DNA of 64,000 nt, taken from Eledone cirrhosa (lineage: Eukaryota). Location of the stretch: contig OZ024747.1 of the NCBI GenBank assembly GCA_964016885.1, positions 58,900,001 through 58,964,000 of the forward strand, given 5' to 3'. Under the pieces are notes generated by a model. It saw nothing but the letters and a program-made list of their open reading frames with translations, made no database searches and was not told the DNA's origin. Position 1 is the first letter of the stretch. The number at the start of each line of letters is the position of its first letter. A program made the position numbers and the translations under genes. Below are positions 55,512 to 64,000 of this stretch, piece by piece.

Positions 55512-56081
55512 CATACAAAAATATAAAAATATAAACGCACACACACATATAAATACGTAAACACACATATACATACATAGCTAAACAATTATACACATGC
55601 AAATACGTATATATCAAAAGCACGCACAACCAAATACAAACACACACACACCCACACACACACCCACACATACATAAAAATAAATAAATACACACGCACA
55701 CATATACATACATACACATACATATACACATATATACATATACATATATATATATATATACATATACATACATATATATATATATATACACACATACACG
55801 TACACATACACACATGCATACACATACACACACACATATACATGTGTGTATGTGTAAAGCTCAGTATTAGATAAGACAAATGAACCTTACATAAACGTAT
55901 ATATAGTAGTAAAGTAATAAAGCTATACAAGGCAATTAATCCATTCACCAGAGGTTTCTTAAAAGCAAAAAAAGTTTCCTTCAATCTTCAGAATGAAAAA
56001 AAGCCTGGTTTATCCACATATACATACATATACACACACAAATATACAATTATATACACACATACACACACATACACACAC

Positions 56082-56186
<105 letters not shown>

Positions 56187-56695
56187 AACATATACGTACA
56201 TATATACATATATACACATATATATATACACACAAAAATACATACACATACACATAGGTATGTGAAGGGCAAAACAAAAAGAATATATGGGGGGGGGGGG
56301 CTAAGAGGAGGTAAAAATATAAGGGGAGGTAAGGGAGAAAAAAATTTTAAATATACAAGAGTACAGAAGGTAGAATCAGCAAAATAAAAACCGTAGCAAA
56401 AGTAAAGAGCAGAGAAGGAGTTCAAGGCGGTTGATTTATCGTAGGAGTGTCGATCCAGTTACAGATCAGATGCGATTTCAGATGAGGACAGCATCTGAAG
56501 ATCTCAGTCTTTGAGTTAAGGCAAGCGGAAGTGGCTCTCAAGTTTAGCAAAATCCTATACTTTTCTGTGGTACACAAAGAACAATTCTTTGTGCCCCTTT
56601 GGTACTCCCTCGAATGGTCTAATATAGACCAATCAATAGAGTACGGGATATTACTATCCTTGAGATCCCATACCTTACTTGCGAGGGCCGTTGAT

Positions 56696-57292
56696 CTGTT
56701 TCCTCCTATTCATAGATATTATAATATTTTTAATAGGAATGTAGTTAAGATCAGCTACTCTTGTTTCCCATCCATGAAGTCCAAAATCACCAGTTCAAAC
56801 CGTACGAGGATAAATCCAGGATGCAGTTGCAGGAAGCCGGATGAATGCCCATTGCAGGGTAAATGTAACACAAAATCTGTCGTTTATGAGGCTAAGATAA
56901 CGCCAGTTATCAACAACCAGCCAGCCGGAAGTGAGCGATATGTCGGTATGACCCAGGACAGGTTTAAAACCAGATTTTACTCACATGTCGCTTCTTTTAA
57001 ACACTCAGATAAACGAACATCAACGGCCCTCGCAAGTAAGGTATGGGATCTCAAGGATAGTAATATCCCGTACTCTATTGATTGGTCTATATTAGACCAT
57101 TCGAGGGAGTACCAAAGGGGCACAAAGAATTGTTCTTTGTGTACCACAGAAAAGTATAGGATTTTGCTAAACTTGAGAGCCACTTCCGCTTGCCTTAACT
57201 CAAAGACTGAGATCTTCAGATGCTGTCCTCATCTGAAATCGCATCTGATCTGTAACTGGATTGACACTCCTACGATAAATCAACCGCCTTGA
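56696..57292 (+). pseudogene. 5'-truncated Penelope-like (Naiad-type) C-terminal fragment: linker, Cys motif and GIY-YIG endonuclease; open to its stop codon
   Basis: FNRNVVKISYSC, CSCRKPDECPLQGKC, VVYEA...YVGMT..RFKTRFYSH, CSLCTTEK, LNSKTEIFRCCPH. Confidence 0.92.
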
Positions 57293-57527
57293 ACTCCTTC
57301 TCTGCTCTTTACTTTTGCTACGGTTTTTATTTTGCTGATTCTACCTTCTGTACTCTTGTATATTTAAAATTTTTTTCTCCCTTACCTCCCCTTATATTTT
57401 TACCTCCTCTTAGCCCCCCCCCCATATATTCTTTTTGTTTTGCCCTTCACATACCTATGTGTATGTGTATGTATTTTTGTGTGTATATATATATATGTGT
57501 ATATATGTATATATGTACGTATATGTT

Positions 57528-57639
<112 letters not shown>

Positions 57640-58207
57640 CGTGTGTGTATGTGTGTATATAATTGTATATTTGTGTGTGTATATGTATGTATATGTGGAT
57701 AAACCAGGCTTTTTTTCATTCTGAAGATTGAAGGAAACTTTTTTTGCTTTTAAGAAACCTCTGGTGAATGGATTAATTGCCTTGTATGGCTTTATTACTT
57801 TACTACTATATATACGTTTATGTAAGGTTCATTTGTCTTATCTAATACTGAGCTTTACACATACACACATGTATATGTGTGTGTGTATGTGTATGCATGT
57901 GTGTATGTGTACGTGTATGTGTGTATATATATATATACATATATATGTATGTATATGTATATATATATATATATGTATATGTATATATGTGTATATGTAT
58001 ATGTATGTATGTATATGTGTGCGTGTGTATTTATTTATTTTTATGTATGTGTGGGTGTGTATGTGGGTGTGTGTGTGTGTGTTTGTATTTGGTTTGTGCG
58101 TGCTTTTGATATATACGTATTGGCATGTGTATAATTGTTTAGCTATGTATGTATATGTGTGTTTACGTATTTATATGTGTGTGTGCGTTTATATTTTTAT
58201 ATTTTTG

Positions 58208-58262
<55 letters not shown>

Positions 58263-58658
58263 ATATAATTACATATACATGTGTGTGTTTATATTATATA
58301 CGTGTACGTGTTTGTGTATGTATGTGTATGTACGTGTTTATGTATTTGTATATGTATATTTATGTGTGAGAGTGTGTGTATGTGTTTACTATTTCGTACG
58401 TATGTATATGTGCTTTTGTGTGTATTACTTACCACGCGTGTCTGTCCTGTTAGCTGGGGCATGTATCGCTGTCAAAAATTTGTTAATATATATTTATATA
58501 TTTTTTTCTTATATTTATTTGCGTGTGTGAATATGTAGTGGAGTGCATTCATGTATGTGTACGTATGTACGTTGTATGTTTGTGTGAATGTATGTATGTG
58601 TGTATATATATGTGTGTGTGTATGTGTATGCTTGTACACACACATGTGTGTGTCTGTG

Positions 58659-58727
<69 letters not shown>

Positions 58728-58729
<2 letters not shown>

Positions 58730-59183
58730 GATATTAAATAAATGGAAACTATATTTATAAAACCATATTTATTTCATTATATATATTTCAGGGATATCAT
58801 ATTAACAATATGTTATGCCTTCCTCAGACAAAATACAATATAGACAGTTTTATAGATAAATAGATTTGACATACCGTTCAACATCGACTTGTATTTGAAA
58901 AAGTTGATTTGGCAGTTGATTTTTCAAATACAAGTCGATGTTGAACGGTATGTCAAATCTATTTATCTATAAAACTGTCTATATTGTATTTTGTCTGAGG
59001 AAGGCATAACATATTGTTAATATGATATCCCTGAAATATATATAATGAAATAAATATGGTTTTATAAATATAGTTTCCATTTATTTAATATCGTAAATAT
59101 ACTCCAAATACTTGTTGAGTGCTTTTATATCAGTTATAAATATTTACTAGTTGTAACCCAACAATTTAAATATAACTTTCCAT
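58728..59183 (+). mobile_element. Hairpin+tail element with ~175 bp perfect arms and mirrored hammerheads
   Basis: Arms 58728-58902 and 58920-59094, tail to ~59183. HHR TTGT-CTGAGGA-AGG...CCT-GAAA-TATATA-TA-ATGA at 58991-59048 (+) and 58774-58831 (-). Confidence 0.82.
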
Positions 59184-59554
59184 GTATATATATATATATA
59201 TATGTACATGTATATATATGTGTGTGTATGTGTGTGTGTGTGTGTGTATATGTGTGTGTGTGCGTGTGTGTATGTATGAATGTATGTATGTGTATATGTG
59301 TGTATATATGTGTATGTGTGTGTAGGTGTACGCTCTTTATATATATATATATGTGTATATGTATATGTGTATGCGTACATTTATATATATGTATATATGT
59401 ATGTGTGTGTAAGTATGCTTTTGTGTTTTTTTGTGTGTGTTTGCATGTGTAGTTTTAGTTTATTGTTCCTTTCCTTCTCCCTTTTCCAGCCTCACTTTCA
59501 TATAGATTGCATTTTTGTTTTTAGAATCCATATTCAATAAACAAACCAGTATTT

Positions 59555-59612
59555 TTCATTCTGAGGATTGAAAGCAAAACCTTTTGCTTTTAAGAAACCA
59601 CTGGTAAATGGA
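59555..59612 (+). ncRNA. Hammerhead in the Naiad-type pseudo-LTR (mirror copy 54373-54430; diverged GUG-site paralogs 57715-57772 and 55940-55997)
   Basis: TTCATT-CTGAGGA-TTGAAAGCAAAA cc TTTTGCTTTTAA-GAAA-CCACTGG-TA-AATGGA. Confidence 0.8.
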
Positions 59613-59645
59613 ATAATTGCCTTATGTTGTTTATTACATAATAAT

Positions 59646-59713
<68 letters not shown>

Positions 59714-59735
59714 CAATAATAAGAATAATAAAACA

Positions 59736-59904
59736 AAAAGGACGAGACATTAGATTTAATAAGGTGTGACGCGAGTTTTGCGATTGATCAGCTCAAGGTT
59801 AGATCTGTATCGATCGGCCCAGATACAAGTCGAACCTGGAGCTGATTAATTGCGAAACGCACGTCACACTTCAATAAACGTACTGAAGATCTAACACCCC
59901 GTCC

Positions 59905-59909
<5 letters not shown>
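59736..59909 (+). mobile_element. Older diverged hairpin element with hammerhead-like 3' half
   Basis: Imperfect inverted repeat centred at ~59815. GC-GAAA-CGCACG-TC-ACAC then AATAAA. Confidence 0.55.
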
Positions 59910-59938
<29 letters not shown>

Positions 59939-60042
59939 ACTCTGCTTAGTACAACACCAATATACCTACTGGAAACTACACATCAAGTGCTTATTTTGGT
60001 GAAGCTACAGTAACTTGACGTTACAATCCCTATACTATATAC

Positions 60043-60237
<195 letters not shown>

Positions 60238-60478
60238 CGTGTGTGTGTTAAAAAGATGTTTATATTAGTATTTCCTGAAACTATATATATATATATATAT
60301 CCCAAACGACATCAGCAGTAATAAATGCCAGGACAAATTCAACAAGACGTTTTAAGACAACAACGACGACATCAACAACAACAGTAACACCTACAATAAA
60401 ATAAGCAACAAGTATGTGAATCTGGCAGCTGTTACACTTTAACTGTAATGATGAACTAAATTAGAGAGAATGTGTGTT

Positions 60479-60521
<43 letters not shown>

Positions 60522-62849
60522 GTGTGTGTGTGTGTATAGTGTTTGTATGTATATATATGTATATGTGTGTATGTGTGTATGTGTATGCATGGAGTGTTAC
60601 AAATTCATATATAGACACATCTTATGTACATACTCTTTAAGTTAGCATAAATTTAAACTACACACTATACAAACACCAAAAACGTTGCTATGATGCGACA
60701 GCCTCAATTCCACGTTTTAGCTGAAAGCAATAATTGCCATATTAGGCTCCAAATCAAACCCTATTTCCAGTCTATTGGGTAATGTATGTGGCCTTGATTT
60801 GCATTGTTTAAAGAGGGAAAATGGGTAAGCATCGTTCATAATAATAGTTGAATTTGATCATTTCTGTCCAAGAGTCTACGCCGACTATCTTCGGGAGAGT
60901 TTTGTTGCATGCTTAAATGCGTTCTGGTATCAATAGCACTTCGGGGCATTCGTACATTTTAACATTCAACATTTTAAAACAAAAGCTTTACACTGATAAT
61001 TTTTAAAACAAACTTCTTAAATATATATTTTTAAAATCGTTAGTTTTATATCGAATAACAATAATATTCGATTTGTTTTGCAAGCAAACAGCCTCATTAC
61101 GCTATGTTTTTTAGATGACCATCGCCATGTTTTTGTTCTAACGGTGGAAAACAGAAGCTTTCCATATACTAATTTTGTTTTAAAAATCTATGAATCGAAT
61201 TTGCCAACATAGTCTGTTGTGCCTCCCTCCATTGATAATTATATACACATTTTCTTACCGCCCTCACTCATAACTCCAAACGCTCCTCCAGAGTCTGTTG
61301 TGAAACGATAAATTACTTAGTAACTAGTACATATAATGCCTATAATAGGGATAACGATATGTGCTCCATAATGTCCACATGTCAGATTGTGACAGATGTA
61401 GACTTGTATATCAGTTCCACATTGAGTATTCTAAACATGGTGGACGCAAGCATGACTGAGAAGCTTAGGAGTTCTCTTCGTAATCATTGGATCCCGTGTT
61501 CAATGCTACTGCTTACTAACTTTAGCAAACTCCTTCGATATAAACCTGAGTCGACCCAAACCTCGTGAGTGAAATTGCGCATGCGTAAATTGTTTGGAAG
61601 CCTGTTAAATGAATTGTACTTTTAATTTAACAGTTCAGCCTTGTCAACTATTAGGTCACGCTAATTCAGTCTGGAAGTTAAGTTAAGGGTACCCTTGTCT
61701 ATCGCATTCTCGGTGGAATGAACAACTGAATGGTCATGTCGACACCGTCGGAGGATCTATCATCATTTAAAACCACTCAATTGCAAGGGTCATCCCTACA
61801 TACACCATATCCACGCCCACTGTCATCATCATCAACCGCAGCATCGTCATTATCATCGTTCGATTGATGATAGTGATGATGATAATCACTACAGGAACAG
61901 ACCATCACAATCCTCTTCCATCTATTACATTTTTCATAAGCAGTTTTTGCCTCGTAGTCGGATGATTAACCCCGGCCCTCCGTGGCGTAATTTGAACACA
62001 AACTCAAATTCCCGGAACAAACACTGCAAAGCATCTAACCCAAGCCTCTAACAATTCCTAAACTGGTACTTTACTTTATAATAAACACCATATATCGGAT
62101 CTACTCATTAAGTATCCCAGATATGTAAGCAGCGAAGAGGCGTGACTGGGTGGTTAGATAATTGGATTCGCAATCGTGAGTTTGTGAGTTCGATTCCCGA
62201 ACCGGGCAATGCGTTATGTCCTTGAGCAAGACACTTTATTTCACGCTGCTCTTTCTACCTTGTTTTGCGACCGATGGATAGTATTAGCAATTGGAAAGAC
62301 CAATGGAAACATTGTTTCCTCGGTCCAATTTCAAGCGAATGAGGTCTGGGATCTTGTCGATCGACTGTAGATATGTAAGCAGTTAATTTGTATAGCAGTA
62401 GTACTATCCTAAATATATCAACAGTACTGTAATGTGGCTCGAGAATGTTTGTATGTAATAATAACAATGAGGTGGCGAATTAGCAATATCTTTACAACGT
62501 CGGAGAGAATGCTTTGCGGCATTTGTTCCGGCTCTTTGCACTCTGGGTTCAAATCCCACCGAGGTGAACCTTGCCTTTCATTCTTTCGAGGTCGATAAAA
62601 ATATGTACCAGTCCAGAACTAAAGTCAATGTTTTCCTCTGTCTTTGTCTCTCTCGGAAATCGGCTGTGTTTAGACCTGATTTAAAATGTTACAACGGCGC
62701 CCCTACGACTATATCGTGAGTTACGGGTTCATACATACACACTACAACAGCACTATTCCACAGATGTGAGAATTAATAGAATGTGAGTCTAGCATGTTTT
62801 TATGTGTATGTATGTAACAGAAGACTGTCTCATAGTTGTGAGAAGTGCT

Positions 62850-63125
62850 GTAATGTGGGTGTAACATGTTTGTTGGTGTATGTAACAGCAACACTGTCCC
62901 ACAGTTGAGAACATTATGGTAATGTGGATGTAACATGTTTGTTGGTGTATGTAACAGCAACACTGTCCCACATTTGAGAACATTATGGTAATGTGGATGT
63001 AACATGTTTGTTGGTGTATGTAACAGCAACACTGTCCCACATTTGAGAACATTATGGTAATGTGGATGTAACATGTTTGTTGGTGTATGTAACAGCAACG
63101 CTGTCCCACAGTTGAGAGTAGTGCT
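62850..63125. repeat. 69 bp minisatellite, 4 near-perfect units plus degenerate flanking units
   Basis: GTAATGTGG starts at 62850, 62919, 62988 and 63057. Confidence 0.92.
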
Positions 63126-63614
63126 GCTGTTACATACAGACACACGAGAGTCATATGACTCTAGTGTGTTTGTATGTAGCAGCAGCACTATCACATATAT
63201 ATAACCAGTACTGTAATGTGGCTATTTTGGTGTTTGTGTAAGTAACAGCGGCAGCATTGTCCTAGATTTCTACCACGTATACGTTGCAGATGTGCAGCGT
63301 ATAAACTGCAGATGTGTTACATTCAATGTGCAGGTGCGTTATGTATAAGCTGCAGATGTATTTAGTATAAGCCGTAGTTATGCCGTGAGCTTTTTGCGAT
63401 AAATCGGAAAATGTCAAGATATTTAAAAAGTACTAGAATGCTTTTTAATGCACCATAAAGTTGCATATGCATTCTTTTGTTGCAACGTGCAGTCTATGCA
63501 TCAGTTGCTTCTCTAAACTAATTTTGATAATCAGGAATTTTTAAATATATATAATGGTTTCTAATTTAGGCACAGGTATATTATACAGACCCCATTATTT
63601 GACTGGTACTTGGG

Positions 63615-63803
63615 GATGGTGGATTGGCAGTATCGGTAGAGGGTCGGACGCCATGCTTTCCACCATAGTTACGTTCCTTTACGATCTGAGTTCAAATCCC
63701 GCCGAGGTTGACTTTGCCTTTCATCCTTACGGGGTCGATAAAATAAAGTACCAGTAATGCACTGGGTAATTGCTGGCCTTGTGCCTAAAGTAGAAACAAT
63801 TAT
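63615..63803 (+). mobile_element. tRNA-derived SINE, family 1, nested in an older minus-strand copy (63553-63930)
   Basis: Young unit flanked by a repeated ATTATTTGACTGGTACTT (~63595 and ~63799), which is a probable TSD. Confidence 0.82.
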
Positions 63804-64000
63804 TTGACTGGTACTTTATTTTATGAACTTCGGAAGGATAAAAGGCAATATTGACCTAGAAGGGATTTGAACTCAGATCGTAAACGGTTATAACCGCATG
63901 CCTTAAGGTGTTTGGTCTGTCATAGTACGTAACTGACTTAGCGTACACTGGGACTAATAGACGTTGGAAACCATTACAGTACGAGGTGAGGGTGATTTGA

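Noticed and set aside
56531-56695. N-terminal 55 aa of the 253 aa ORF 56531-57292
   Set aside because: This is the antisense of the element's own 3' coding region across the inversion junction. The real PLE frame starts at ~56696.
62742-63194. 150 aa ORF with 23 aa Cys/His repeats, or a CRISPR-like array
   Set aside because: It is a 69 bp minisatellite with identical units, no unique spacers and no cas genes, in a eukaryotic context.

Overview
AT-rich, microsatellite-saturated eukaryotic DNA. The SINE families and the (TA)n/(CA)n/(TATG)n load suggest a cephalopod such as Octopus, which is an inference. No host protein-coding exon could be supported, and nearly all ORFs in the track are microsatellite translations. 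Real coding content: one intact full-length RTE-clade LINE (41131-44226, minus strand, APE+RT) and two Penelope-like (Naiad-type) RT/GIY-YIG remnants (52630-54038, 56696-57292). The second remnant lies at the centre of a ~5.3 kb palindrome. Many tRNA-derived SINEs, RTE fragments, a bipartite RTE-derived non-autonomous element and a Helitron-like pair are also present. The standout signal is about 30 hand-identified type I hammerhead ribozyme (HHR) motifs from more than 10 sequence families. Many have palindromic stem III and recurring non-canonical cores (U10.1-U11.1, U3-A8, NUU cleavage sites, very long stem II). Most sit in short non-coding 'hairpin + 3-prime tail' elements inserted in (TA)n tracts, and these elements share a GAGTRCT tail motif. 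Together this looks like a microsatellite-targeting system of non-autonomous Penelope-derived snap-back retroelements. All folds and alignments were done by eye, and coordinates of diverged repeats are approximate.
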